From Octopus sinensis (lineage: Eukaryota), in assembly GCF_006345805.1 (NCBI RefSeq), contig NC_042997.1, positions 58,528,001-58,592,000 on the forward strand: a stretch of DNA of 64,000 nucleotides, in the 5' to 3' direction. Below are positions 36,502 through 51,149 of this stretch, piece after piece. Every line of letters starts with the position of its first letter. Position 1 is the stretch's first letter. The notes under the pieces were generated by a model. That model was not told the origin of the DNA. It saw only the letters and a list, made by a program, of their open reading frames with translations, and did no database searches. The position numbers and the translations under genes were made by a program.

Positions 36502-39140
36502 TGTGTGTACCCGTGTATGCGTGCTTGTATTTGCATTTTATCATTAATATTGATTTGAAATGTTTTCCCAAATAGCAAAAGTGTGTAACTGTCCAAGGGT
36601 GGGGAATTTGATTTGAAGACACATTCGTTATATTTTAGCATTATTTTACAAATAATTTGAAATTTGATTCATTGGTTCTGCAGTGATCGGAATATATTGT
36701 TTATATTTTGTAGAAATCTTAAGCATGAACAGCATTTACAAATATTTACTGTACACGCGTGCGCACACGCACACACACAAATTTTGAGTAGTTTTGCTAG
36801 AAAAATTTTAAATATATTCTGTATATTTGCGCACCTTTCTCGGTGTGTGCGTTGGCCGAATTGATAACGTAGAATGACATTATTCACGTTATTGTTGAAA
36901 TGTTAAATGAAATGGATACGAGTATAATGAAGTGTCAGGTTTACTGAGTTGGATCAAATTGCTTGTTTAACCAGCAGTTTAATGAAAGCATCTCAGTTGT
37001 TTTGAATTGGCTCTAAGTGATATTTCTATAGCTGTGCAGACCTCCAGTATAAAACTTCAAAAGTAAGTTTATAATAGTCCCTGTTAATGGAAAATTCAGC
37101 ACGAAATTAAGATACTGAGACGTTTGAATGAACACTCTATCGACTTATTGGAAATTTTAACATGCAGAATTCGTTCAGTCAATTTAAATATAAATATTGA
37201 GTAATTGCTTAAAAATTAATAAATAAAATAAAGTATGCTACAAACATAAAAATACTTGAATGTTTAAAAGATTATTAATCAGGTTGAATAATACCATTTT
37301 ATGCACTGTACGTTTATTGCTCGTGAATTTGTAAAGAACTTTATCAGAATATTGAAATTGAAGTCTTCAGAGACAGGAACACAAGTCAGACAGATGCCAT
37401 CAAACTTCTCTATTCTGATCAAAACAATTTTTTTTCTCCGGTGTGCAATTTAGCGAAAGAGCTAGCTCCTATCCAATTCTTCAAATATGTTTTCGCATGT
37501 AATGCGTATACTGAACAACAGTGTGTGTATTGAAAGTCATCCGTATAAAAATTAATTACCAGCGACATGGAGTAAAACGTAAGAAGAAGTTCATAGAGAT
37601 CAAGGGTAGCATAATTCAGAAAGTGACACAATCTCAAGCATAGGAAGAACAAGAAGTAACCATAGAATAATAGACCCATGATATAAATACTGAAATGGTA
37701 AGAGTAGTCAGAACCAATGAGCTTTCTTCAAGATTTAATTGGAATAATCTGCCAAAATTGACTTTTATTCTACGAAGAAATAAAAAAAAAATACGATGTA
37801 GTTTGAGATTACTGGAGAAGGAAGTACTTGAAAATGGTCAACAAAACAATACATGAATTAGAAGGATATCATATACAGCATTGCCTTGGGCCCTCATCTG
37901 CTGGAGTTGTGACATATGATGTATCTAAGGGATTTGAAGGCCATCACTCTCCATGTTTGAACTTAAAAGCGAAAGAAGAGAAATAGAAAGAGAACAACCT
38001 ATTTCGATTTCGAAAGGATTAAAGGTGAAGTTGACTCCGTTCTTGAGCACAAAAAGTAGGAAAAATACCGCAAGGCATTCTATCCGACCCTCTAATGTAT
38101 TCTAGAAATAGTTACTTCTAAAGATAGTATTTGAATATTTAGAGTGCAGTGCAACGGTGGTAAGCTACTGGCAAGACTAGTCATAGAGGCCATATTAGAT
38201 TTTCTGTTTGAATTATTTTATATCTGTTTCCTTGTAACCAGGATTTACTGAAATCGTTGACACAAAACATTTTTTGGAAAAAGTATGAACTCCACTGGAT
38301 TCACCCACCATTGACGCATTACATGAACTGGATGGCTTTGGTGGATAATCCAACGGCCAATTAAAGAATGTGCAGCACTTTCAGTATATTCAGAATCTGT
38401 CGGGCTTAAAACAAGCCAGAACAGACACACAGGGATGGTCGAAAAAATAGTTACCCTTCTAGGAGAATAGATATCATGCATGCGTGCAATAAATGATATA
38501 CACATTCATTACGACAATTTCTACGACATATAATGCCATATAATTTCTGTTTATAGCTTCTGACTAAAACATTCTTTTAAAAGAATTTGAGAAACTACAG
38601 GAATAGCAGAAGCTACAAATAAAAGAGTAAAACTTATTTGATAATGTGTTGTGTGGGCAAAAACTACTTAAATATATGGAACTTCAGTAATGGTGAAAAA
38701 TATAACATTGAGAAAAACGTGAATAAGATGGCGTGGGTCTTCGCAATTGCATACAGCCTACGGTGATTCTTCCCCACAAACTGATCATTTCAAATATACT
38801 CACACAAAACAACATAAGTCAACCAAAGGGATATGAGTTGATGTTGATGTTATAACTGAAATTTGCATAACTTTCTCATTTCGTTATCTGAACGTTCGTG
38901 TATTTGCTATTAGTGGAAGAAAATTAGAGAATTGAAATAAAGAAAAGACAAAGGAATTGAGGCATTGAAGTTGAGGCATTTATATCATATATAAAAAAAA
39001 GAAAAGAATTAGGGTGAGAGCCTTTCGCGGTCACTAAACTTGCCAAAAATAGAAGCCGGATCTTTTGCAGTCAAAACACTGTTTTAAATAAAGGATACAT
39101 TAAATAATATAGACACCGATACACTAAATAAATGAATGAA

Positions 39141-39171
<31 letters not shown>

Positions 39172-39861
39172 AAGATGTTACATTACATTTAACCCGTTTG
39201 GATCATAGACTGGTGCGATCTGAAGCTGAAACAATAATTAGAAAACAATGAAGATGGTAGGGGTTCGCTTCTTTGCTTGCAATATATATTGGGTGCAGAT
39301 TGCATCAACAACCAGCTGGAGGAGGCTCCTCCTAGGGTTAAAAACGGCATTAACATCGATTCCAACGGAACAGCCATACTGATGTGGTGATAAACATTAC
39401 TTCTCAGTGTAGTTAGTACTTTGATTTCTTATGGAGATTTTCTAACTAGTTACTTTGAATGTTTAAATGGCTTTGTGTTCACTTATGTTTTATAAATAAA
39501 TGAAAAGTGATAGTGTTGTTGAAATTTATTATGATCATACTTCTGATGCTGATGATGATGATCTTCATGAAACCCTTAAAAATATGATTTTTATAGAAAT
39601 AGTCTCAAAGTTTATGTTTTGTGGAAACGCTGTGAGTCAATCACCAGTAGGTATTTGTATCCATCTTATCAACTCTGGTGATTATTCCAAATAGTCTGAC
39701 GAGGAAGGGAGTCTCAAAGCAATCGCTTGACCTGCTAGAAATAGTAGTCAAATCATACCCCTACTGTTTTCAAAGAAAGAATACGTTAGACAATGTAATC
39801 TTATTTATCCCTAAAAAAAAAAAAAACACAGCAGTTACGTGCGATATGTTATTGATCATAT

Positions 39862-40055
39862 TGGTTTCAAATTTTGGCACAAGGCCAGAAATTACGGAGG
39901 AGCAGACAAATCGATTACATCGACCTTAGAGCTCGACTGGTACTTATTTCTAACGACCCCGGAAGGATGAAAGGCAAAGTTGACTTCAGTGGAATTTGAA
40001 CTCAGAACTCAAAGACGGACAAAACGCTGCTAATGATTCTTTCAGCTTGCTACCT
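39862..40055 (-). mobile_element. SINE family M
   Basis: ggtttcaaattttggcacaaggccag...gacccCggaaggatgaaaggcaaagttgacttcagtggaatttgaactcagaac. Confidence 0.75.
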
Positions 40056-41197
40056 TAATGTTGGTGATCTGGATTGATATTTGTCTTGCTCAATCAGGAC
40101 AAAACTTGTGCAAAAGAACAACAACAAAAACAGCTACGAAGAATAAAAGTAAAGTCGACTTCGACAAGATTTAAATTCAGAAGACAAAGATAGATAGCTA
40201 AATACCTGAAGTTATTTTTTTCTTCGATTCTCTATGAATTATAACAATAATGGATACGTTGCTAATTATTTAAAAGGAAAAGGACTACAAACTGAACTAT
40301 CCCCCAGAATTTAACTGGGACTTATTTTGTAGATCCACCAAGAGTAACTTTATCGGTTGTGAACTCAGAACAGAAAAATATCACATGGTAGAATCGGTAG
40401 AGTCGCGGACAGAAGCCTTATGACATAGGGTTACGTACTTTTACATTCCCAGTTCAAGTCCTACCAAGATCAGCTTTGCTTTTCTCCTGTTTGGAGTTGG
40501 TGAAAATAAATATCATTTATATACTAGGGGCAAATAAGCTGACTAATTTTCTTTATGGTCACCACCACTCACATATGCAAATATACACAGCCACACGTTA
40601 GAAATAATTATTAGTGTGGCCAGAAAAGTTAACTTCAGTAGATTGAGGGATTAGAAATTATTATTATTACTACAATAACCACGACAAAATCAATGCAATT
40701 TTAAATTCAACAAAATTGATTAACGGAAAATAAATTGAGAAAAGAATTTTATCAACGTGTGATTATAACGCTATAAACCCCAAGGATTTGACAAGCGAAT
40801 TAAATAGATTTTGTTGACTGCGGACATTTATCATGTCGACTATATCACACAATCCGCGCATTATATCGCGAATGTCAACTGGGATCACTGATTAAGATAT
40901 TTTTTATAGAAGTATTTAGCCTATGGATGGCTTCCAAAAGTGATAGCTGATAGCTTTAAACAATAACGAACGGTTCAAAAATTAATTAACGAATACTGCT
41001 TGTGTTTTCACTATGTTTAGTTTTCTCTTTAGAAATCTTATAAAAAGTGCGAAAAAAAAAAAGAGAAAATGATAAGAAAGAATATCAAACAGTGAGTTGG
41101 TAAAGACATTAACACATAGGGTATAATAATAGTTGCAGTATTTGCTCTGGAAATTTCAGTAGCCAGTAGGATCAAATTTACAGTTCATTGTGTTGCA

Positions 41198-41842
41198 GAA
41201 GGTTAAAGCGGTGAGCTGCACACGCCAGGCAAAATGCATTAGTTCTGAGTTCAAATTCCGCTGACGTCGACTTTGACTTTTATATCCTTTCGTGGTCGAT
41301 AAAATAAGTACCAGCTAAGCACTGGGGTCAATGTAACTCCTCAGAAACTGCTGGTCTTGTACCAAATTTTGAAAGCTTTATCTTAGTGAAGGTTAAGGCG
41401 GCAAGTTGACGGAATCGTCGGGCAAAATGCTTAGCGAGATTTCGTCCGTCTTTACGTTTTGGGCTCAAATCCCGCCAGGTCGGCTTTACCTTTTATCCTT
41501 TCAGAGTCAATAAAATACGTACCAGTCGACCAGTGGGGTCGATGTAAACGACTATCCCCTTCCCCAAAATATCAGGCCCTGTGCCTGTAACAGAAAGCGT
41601 GATTTGGGGGAAGGTTAAGGTGGTGAGTTATCAGAATCGTTGCTACTCCGGTCAAACTACTTAGCGACATTTCTTCCGACTTTACATTCTGAGTTCTAAT
41701 GTCGCAGAGATCAACTTTGCTATTCATCCTTTCGATGTGATAAAATAGGCCACAGTTGAGCGCTGGGGGCGATGTAATCGATTTTCTCGTACCATCAAAT
41801 TGCTGGTCTTTTGCTAAAATAAGAAAGAATTATTTGGGGGAA
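41198..41842 (+). repeat. Tandem array of three family M SINEs, each preceded by gaaggttaa
   Basis: Unit starts at 41198, 41388 and 41610. Units 2 and 3 both end agaaag...atttgggggaa. Confidence 0.8.
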
Positions 41843-41913
41843 TATTCTATGGTGTAATGGTTAGCACTCATGATTCTGAATCCAACGACCCAAGTTCAAA
41901 TCTTAGTAGACCT
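41843..41913 (+). pseudogene. tRNA-Gln(CTG) pseudogene
   Basis: tattctaTGGTGTAATGGTTAGCACTcatgattCTGaatccaacgacccaaGTTCAAATCttagtagacct aligns to eukaryotic tRNA-Gln(CTG). A and B boxes and D arm intact; anticodon stem and outer acceptor stem broken. Confidence 0.85.
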
Positions 41914-43239
41914 TAATGTGATCTCTCATTTTCAAAGGCGATTTCTTAGCATCGCCACACCACTGGTTGAAGCTAGTAAAAGTAAAACAACCCTTGAAAA
42001 GGGTGTATGTGGGAGGAAATAATTGAAAAGCAGTGAAAGATGCAGGACTGATGATCATTACTTGTTATTTCATTTTTTAGAAATAAATAAATTGTGATAC
42101 ACCGGAATTAAAATGAAATGTTAAATATAAAATAAGTACCGGTCATGTACCAGGGGCGATACAGTAAGCTGTTTCTTCTCACAAATTTCTAGTCTTGCGC
42201 CCATTTTGGAAATCACTATTTTAAATCAACAGAGTAGAAGAGTGCTATTACACCTAAATGACTTGACATGTTTACCTCACATTTTATCTCTAATCCATAT
42301 TTTCCTCCAGACAACTTTACCTTCCACAGATCCAAGGTAGGATATCCCTGCTTGAACATTCCTATGATAGATTCATTCCAGCCATGACTGTTCGGTCTTT
42401 CCTTTTCAGTCATAGAGTATTTAGAGCAACGTAAAATATTTAGAGTATCAGTTTATGTGTCCTTCCTTCTTTCTCTTTTATATTTTCGAGCAAAACACTC
42501 CCCGTCCAATAGACAGTGCTGAGTTGTGAAACATTTAAACCAAATTTTCTCAAAACTTGTCCGACCGTCCTATTTTGTGGCATTATTTCAAGCCATCCGG
42601 CTTTTTTGCATAAACTGCACGTGCATTTTTCTCGTGTGCGCGTAGTATCGATTGCAACAACTGATGTACTTGCGCGTACAAATGTACGTTCCCACGGCTT
42701 TGTCGATCACATTCTCACCTGGAATCGATTTTTGTAATTTTCTCCAGACTTATACACGTCCTGATACCGTCGGTATCTACATATCAAATTTGAGCGCAAT
42801 CGGATGCAGGATGCCCGAGATCCTAGAAGAAACACACACACACACACAGACAGAACGGATTGTATATAATAGATCAGACAGTAAGATTGCAATAAATTTC
42901 TCTGCTGTTTTTAGCATCTCCTTTGGGAGTTGATTAAATAAGTATCAGTAATGTAAAAAAAAAGTTGATTGGACGATTTATTTCCCCAGGGCTCGTGTCA
43001 GAGAAATCGATGTTAAAAAAGGTAAAATCTGTAATGATTATATAGTTACACCATGAGTTTTTATATAGAAGCGCTATACCTGTTGAACAGATTTTCATTA
43101 GTAGGTAATCCAAGAAAGAGCAGCAGAAACCATAGTATTTGCACACTTCCCTGTCCCACATTGAGAGATAAGGATAGTTGAAGATTTTGCTGTTGTGATT
43201 GTTTGACAATAGGTCAATTCTAACTGAGCAGGCCTATTA

Positions 43240-43308
<69 letters not shown>

Positions 43309-43462
43309 GTCTGTCTGTATGTCTGTATGTCTGTATGTCTGTCTGCCTGTCTGTCTGCCTGCCTGCCTGTCTGTATGTCTGTATGTCTGTCTGCCTGTCT
43401 GTCTGCCTGCCTGCCTGTCTGTCTGTCTGTCTGTCTGTCTGTATGTATGTATGTATATATAT
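43240..43462. repeat. Compound (ATCT)n-(GTCT/GCCT/GTAT)n tetranucleotide array with an internal higher-order repeat
   Basis: Visible directly; DRQT/LSIY pseudo-ORFs. Confidence 0.9.
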
Positions 43463-44459
43463 AAATTCCATTCGCACCCATACATCATTTTAGGGCATGT
43501 CTAGAATTACATTATATTGTATATGTCCCTAATTTAAAACACCACGGTGTGATCTGAGGAAGAAGTGACTGCTCTTTCTAGAGGGATGAGTGACCACGTA
43601 GAGGCTCCCTTGTTGAACTGTATATGTTGATACTGCTGACGTTCAGTCTGAAGATCTGTACATTGACATTTCGAGGGTAAATGAGAGACGTAGGGAAAGT
43701 ACTCAAAGGAACCCTATTCTGTTGAATGCACACTCTGTAGCATGTATGCTCATGAAACAAGCATACTCGCGCACGCACACACACACACACACCACACACA
43801 CACACACACCACACACACACACAAAAGCAAGCTAGTCTCGCAAATCTTTATCATTGCTTTCACTATTTCTCTAATATCCAACGGGGAATGTTACAGGAAT
43901 CCAGAAATGCATACTTGATGCATTCCTCGTTCAGAAATAGATGAAAATATATTCTATGATGACACTAGGAAGAAAAAACTCGTAATCAGATATCACACGT
44001 ATGAAAATAATGTGATCGTCTAAGAATAATAAATTGGTGGCTTGCTATGGGTTTGCTTATGCCACTACTCACACTAGCATTTGAAACATTCGATTTGAGA
44101 CTAGCTGAGATCAAGACTAAAACTCGGTAAATACTAGCTACTGCCAGAAATTCCCATTTCAGTAATAATACTGACCGTATCTACCAAAAACAAAAACAAT
44201 AAATTAGAGTCTTAAGATGGATTTAAACAGCCTTTGAAAGTTGCATCGTTATTCCCTCTGCACCTAGCATCCAAGTGATTCCAGGTATCAAACTGGATAT
44301 ATGAGGTAAATAGCATTATGAGAATTGCAGAGGTGCTCTTCAGACTGTTTTCTAACTAATGACTAAGGATACAGTCCTAGGAAAGCTGCACTACACAACA
44401 GAACATTAAGTGAAAACTTTAATACAAGGCTATATTGTTAGAAAACTTCAAAGTAATAA

Positions 44460-44692
44460 TGATATTGGTTTCAAATTTTGGCAAGAGACCAGCAATTTGT
44501 GTGAAGCGGGTATGTCAATTACATCGAACTCAGTGTTCAACTGGTACTTATTTTATCGACACCAAATGGATGAAAGGCAAAGACGACGTCGGCAGAATGC
44601 GAACTCAAAACGTGAACTCGGAACGTAAATACGGATGAAATGCTGCCAAGCATTTTATCTGATGTGATAACAATTCTTCCGGCTCGCCTCCT
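44460..44692 (-). mobile_element. SINE family M
   Basis: ggtttcaaattttggcaagagaccag...ttttatcgacaccaaatggatgaaaggc...ccaagcatttt...ggctcgcctcc. Confidence 0.75.
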
Positions 44693-45917
44693 TCAAGAAA
44701 TAATAACATTTAACTCTCATACTGAAGGCTGTACTTTTGCAATCAAAGAACAAAAATAAGAAACTGCTTGTTGCACAAAAGGGATAAAGATGCAAGTAGA
44801 ATGCCTAGATGTGACAGCCGTTGCAAACTCTGAGGAATTAGCACCACATGTAACCTACATCATACACAACTATGTAAAATAGAATATTGATATTCTCTAC
44901 TTGAGAGACATGATATCAGGATTACAACACTATAAGTCACAAAGATAACAACATAAGATGTTATAGTGATATAGTGATGAATATTCCATTAGCATTTTCT
45001 GTAATATGGAAAATGCAGGTGGAAGATTCCAGTCAAAACGGTTACAAAAATGTAGAAATAAGAGACCAGATATAATTATCTAAGTAAGGGAAAAGAAAAT
45101 GTGTATAGTAGCAGACAGTTGTTGTTTAGCAGACGTTAATGTAATGTTTAGAATAAACATAAAGAAAGCACTTAAGTCAAATTAATTAGAAATCAACAGA
45201 TACTATATTTGGACTATAACTTCAGATTTATACCAGTAATTATTGGGCATTTGGTTAAGTAATCACTTCAAACTGCAGTCTTGAGATGCTTAGTTTGAAA
45301 AAAAACTAGAAATGGTAGCGGTAGTTAGGATATTACATTAGAAAAAAAAGTAATTGAACTGAAAAGATGTAAAATATTCGATAAGTTTGCCCTCTAGTAT
45401 GTAGATATACATAATATAGGCATACAAATATGTATGTGTATAGGTACATAGATCAAAGTATATGGATCATACATGCAAATGACATGACTGCATGTACGCA
45501 CGTATACGTTTGCTCATATATAAATGACTACTTATTTTATGTTGTCTAAGTTCCAGTGAAGGAGCTTTGTTTCTAGGTTGAAGACTAATTCTTTCACTAC
45601 AAAAGTAATTAACTGAAAAACGAAAACGAAAAGTATAAGCACGCACATATGTACACAGATTTGATTTTGGTCATACCTTTGTGGGCAAATCAGCCTTGTC
45701 TTACCTGGGTACGCATGTATTTGATGTTATTGTGTTTGTATATATACAAACGTATATATAGATATTATACGCACACACAAGCACAATGATACACATGCAT
45801 ACGCTAATACACACAAATATGCACTCACACGTACACGTACACACACACACACACACACACAAACAAGGCTACACTCAAACGTACACACACGCGCGTGCCG
45901 TTGCGCGCACATACACA

Positions 45918-45995
<78 letters not shown>

Positions 45996-47093
45996 ACACA
46001 CACGTCTGTCTCTCAATGTCTACGGACGAACACAAATTTGTTTCCGTAAAGAGGAGATATAGAGAGAAGACAAATTTGATGAGTTGTACGAGGTCAACAG
46101 ATGTTTTCATATGGATTATTTGTTGAATATATTAAGCAACAGCATTCTGCAATATGAAGTTGATTACAAGGAAAAATGAAAAGAATAAAAAGAACATGAC
46201 AATGATTGAAGTTATAATGTTTATGATAATGACTTCTTTACGTTAAGCAGAAAAAAATCAATGTTTGTAGGAGTGAAATCGACCGAACCAACACGAGTAT
46301 AGCTGGAGGGGTTAACATCAAAACTGATTCTGAAGGGATTTAAACTAAATACCTTTAAGAACTACATTCGATGCTCTGTCAAATCTGTCGATGAAGATGA
46401 AGCTATTAATAACTTGATGGTATATTCTGTTTGAAATAATTTTTGCAAACTGGCTCATACGAGACATATGGCGAAAGGATACCAACAGCTTGTAAACTTC
46501 TCTCCTTTGGTATCACTCGAAATCAAACGCAGGTCGAATATATTTTCTTGACAATCCTATCAGGGTGATTAATATATTTCTTAACTTGTAATTTCATACA
46601 AAAAGCAGCATAATTATGCGCACATGATAAGCAGTTGGGTAATGTGAATTGTGAGAGACCATCAGAAACAAATGGATTTGTACTGTATAAAAAAAAGTGC
46701 GTTGATATGTAGGGTTAAGGACCTCAAACACAGTGTTTTATTATAGCACTTAAAGTTATTTAAAAAAGAAGCTAAATAAGAAGAGCTAACACGTTTGAAA
46801 TCCGGTAAATTATACACAGAACTGATGCTGATGCAGACAAGAATATTATTTATCAGAGACTGTACAGCTAATGGCTTAAAGTAGAAGCATGAAAGCGTTC
46901 TTACAACTCAAGATCAAAGCATCTACTTCAAGAAGTACCAGGAAAAATACCAACACAATACATATATACATAATGCATACATACATACATACATACATAC
47001 ATACATACATACATACATACATACACACATACATGTATGTACATATATACATACATACATATACACATGTATGTATGTATGTATGTATGTATG

Positions 47094-47124
<31 letters not shown>

Positions 47125-49326
47125 GTAAATACATATAAATAGATAAGTAGATATATATACACACACAGAGCCGTCCCCTTCGACACTGAGGACAGATTTC
47201 GAAAATTAAAAAACAAATAACATTTGGAAATGGAAATATTAAGACTGAGAATGAGTTTAGAATGGACTTTTTTGTACTGAGGTGTATGTGTTTGAGCGTG
47301 TATAAAAATGTGTACTGATGGCTTATATTATGCTATCTGGTGCATTTTAAAAAATATACTAATGCTCTACAGTATGTTTGCATTGTCATTTTCTAAGGTC
47401 AGTAGATACATATGTATCACAAAATCTATTTCAAAGAAGTTAAAACTGGTTTGCTAGAGCATATAGAAAAGCTAAATTTTCGCTAGAGCTAATGATGAGT
47501 GTACTGATTCTATAGTGTATAATTTTTTCATACAAAAGATCACTTAGCCGATATTTGTTCCTTATATGGATTATAGCTATTCTTCTTCTTCAGAAGTCTA
47601 ATAGTTATTCTTTGATCATGAATGCAGAATGTTGTGGATTCTGCTCACCTATTAGATTCGATATATTCATCCAGGTATTAATCAATAGTTTAGTTGATAT
47701 ACAGGATATTAGATGACGGATATTTTTGCTATTTCATTGCATGTCTTTACAGTTGTTCATTATTGTCATATGTGTCAAAAGTATGCCTATTTTTCCTGCT
47801 ATTCGGATTTAGATTTTTGCTGTTAAAATTTAATCCATTTCTTTGGAAGAATTTAATTACTATAGTGTCAATTGATTTATTGCTTCTCAAATACTATAGT
47901 CAATAATAATAGTTAATTGGAAATGTATAAATAACTGCCTTCTTAAATTGATATTCATAATCTCCCGTTATTTTCTGCACGGTCTTTATCCGATTTGCAA
48001 TGCAGTGTGTCACGTTTATTGAAGAAATTCTTAATGTAGTCTGCATCGACCAGGTATAGCAAAATCATATGATAATGTTGCTAAAGTAAAAGTGTTAAAG
48101 GTATTGATAACGATTTTGTTATTAAAGTAAGTTTTAGACAGGTGTGTTTCATAAATGTCAGTGAATTTTTAAAAGATACGAAGTTTAGCTTCAACAATTC
48201 CGATCAGTGTCTTTCTGTAAACCGTTTCACATTCACACAGAACGATCTTCAACATCGTCATATGTATCTCTTTTCAATCATTTTTGCCCTAGTTGGGTGG
48301 AGTCTGAACGAGCCTCCTGGTTCTAAAGACCACAAGGGTGTCCGGAGTTATACCCCATTGTGAGAACGAAGAGGAGGCAAATTAGGCTCGCAATACAGGG
48401 TGGAAGGCCCAGTTGCTACATGTATGACTATAAAAACTATACTAGAGCCTTCTGACCAAAAGAATTGAAATGGAAAATAAATAAATAAATATGTAACGGA
48501 CTGCGGAGATGGTGGCAAATACAAGATCCTGATGTGAAGAGCATGTCTCCTGCAGTTATTGCTACGGCTGTCTTCTACCGTCACATTGATCGCAGCTCAT
48601 TGAATAACCAGAGAAGAAGCTAAGACAAGTGGACCCGTTCCATCCTCAGCGCCATCAGGACCAAGGGCTGACAAAAGCTCAGAGCAGCAATTTCATTCTT
48701 ATCGCTTTGCTGTGCTTTGCAGAAAAGGGGGCCTGAAGAAGATGGAGAAAACTTTGGGGAGAATAAGAAGGAAAAGCAGAGGCAATAAGAGAAAAGTAAA
48801 TGAGCTCGAGTTGAAGGTATTTAGAATAATAGAAGTCTCTTAATAATACGCACTGTCATTCAGAGATTCACGATCGAACTAATAACGAGGAACATCTGTT
48901 GGAGTTTCTGAAGGATCAGAAGAGAATGCGGCAAATACTACGCTGATTAAGGAGGAGAATACATGAATCTCAAAATAATACACTATTAATAAAGACCAGA
49001 CCAATTATCTCTCATAGACGTCAGTTGAGCTGATCAAGGCCGAAGGTGTTCAATTCGGAGAACCTAGTTTGCGTGAGCTGATCAGATGGTATGAGCCGTG
49101 AGGTACTCTGGTCTTATTTTGATGATGGCTTCTCTTGTCTTTCGGTTAAACAAATAAACATCATTTGCATAATAAAATATTCGACTGCTGTTTATACATT
49201 GCATCATGTCTTTGACGCTCCTTCGTTTTTATGTGTGCTCATCTCCTACACTTTCGTACGTAACACTTTTGGGTGACAAAATTTTATTTTGTTCGGGGTT
49301 CTGTAGCAAATAAACTACTACTACTA

Positions 49327-49395
<69 letters not shown>

Positions 49396-49545
49396 CTGTC
49401 GCTGCTACTATTGCCGCTGCTGCTGCTATTTTTGTTGTTGTTGTTAAGCAACAAGACGGGTAAGGGTGATTAGGTGATGGTCTAGGGCTTAGGGGCGGGA
49501 GACTACAGACCTTGGAAAATAAAAAAAAATTTGGTCGTCTTGTAG

Positions 49546-49674
49546 TCAAGGGCTCTTCGTTGACGCCCGACACCACTGGGAGGTGGCCCTCGAAATCGCT
49601 GGAAATAGAGATCTCCAGGTCCAAATTCTTGAACGGCAAAACAGAGTGTACGGTATGGCGCCAGTGGTTTCAAG
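49546..49674 (+). CDS. Candidate 129-bp internal exon (phase 2-2): QGLFVDARHHWEVALEIAGNRDLQVQILERQNRVYGMAPVVS
   Basis: Isolated GC-rich, non-repetitive island; acceptor gtcgtcttgtAG, donor AAG/GTTAGG; frame-preserving length. Product unknown; other frames on both strands are also open. Confidence 0.3.
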
Positions 49675-50624
49675 GTTAGGAAGAGTCTAGCAGTAAGATT
49701 CAGATTAAACGAAGTAACCACACGGCTAAGCTGCTGCTGCTGCTGTCGTTGCCATGGCTGTTCCCGTTATCGCCACTGCTGCAGCTGTTGTTGGTGTTGA
49801 TGTTATTATCTTCATCACAAACATCATCACATTCGTTTTTTAATACTTAGAAACGGAAGTCATTAAAATCATTCTATGCTTTCTACTTATCATACCGTGA
49901 AATGTATTCAGTTTTATTCTCAAGACATCTTTTTATTCTTTTCAGTTTCTCGACAGTTTCTCCATTACAAGTAGTTACCTGACACTACAGATAACGCAGT
50001 TGAGAACATAAATGTTTCATTGCATTTGTACCTGTTAGCGCTAAGAATAAACTGATTTAAGAAACAACCTTTGCAGAAAGTAAAGTACAACCTTACCGGA
50101 AGACAGAACAGAATCAACAGTTAAGTCGATGGAGGTTCACCACATACACGCATTTTAACAACACCTCAAAAACCTGGAAGGCATAAAGGATGTTTATATA
50201 ATTTTCCATGGAATATTTCAATATTTCTCAATACAACATTGATAACGTAACGCCAGCAACAGAGGAAACATTCAGCATTGGCTTTGTTAGGTTTCCTAGC
50301 TTCTGGCGTTAATATTAATTATAATATAAAAATTACCGAGAATATTAGTAATTTTATTAATTATAATTTTCGTTATCTGATGTGTTCAGTATTTCAAACC
50401 GACAGATAGAATGGCAATTATAGAATGACTTCGTTGTTCATATTGATAAAATGCTACCAATTAACGAGGTTATGCATCTTGTTCAGGCACTTCAAGTCAA
50501 GCCGTACAAACAGTTAAATCTCCGATGATTAGGATGGTATTCTAACGAATCTGATAGCTCGCGGACTTCATTCAACCATACAGTGAATCTTGTTTAAGGA
50601 TACATACATACATATATCACTGTT

Positions 50625-50923
50625 ACTTTGTCGGTTACGACGACGAGGCTTCAAGATAATCCGATCAACGGAACAGCATGCACGTGATATCAACGTGCAA
50701 ATGACTGAGCACTACACAGACACGCATACCCTTAACGTAGTTCTCAGGATATTCAACGTGACACACAGTGTGACAAGGCCGGCATTTTGAATTTCAGGTA
50801 CTACTCATTTTTGCCAGCTGAATGGACAGGAACAACATGAAATAAAATGTCTTGCTCAAGGACACAATGTGCCGCCGGTTTTCGAACTCATAAACTTACG
50901 ATTCACTAAGCCACGCGCCTTCA
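50625..50923 (-). mobile_element. SINE family A, second copy, followed by (CATA)n
   Basis: Collinear with 1619-1938. Confidence 0.8.
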
Positions 50924-51083
50924 TACATACATACATACATACATACATACATACATACATACATACATACATACATACATACATGCATGCATGCATGCAT
51001 ACATACATACATACATACATACATACATACATACATACATGCATACATACATACATATATACATACATACATACATACATACA

Positions 51084-51117
<34 letters not shown>

Positions 51118-51149
51118 CATACATACATATATACATACATATTCCTCCA

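Noticed and set aside
38242-47674. Short AG...GT-bounded open segments at 38242-38281, 42990-43021 and 47594-47674
   Set aside because: Too short, phases do not chain into one frame, and no homology is recognisable; RNA-seq is needed.
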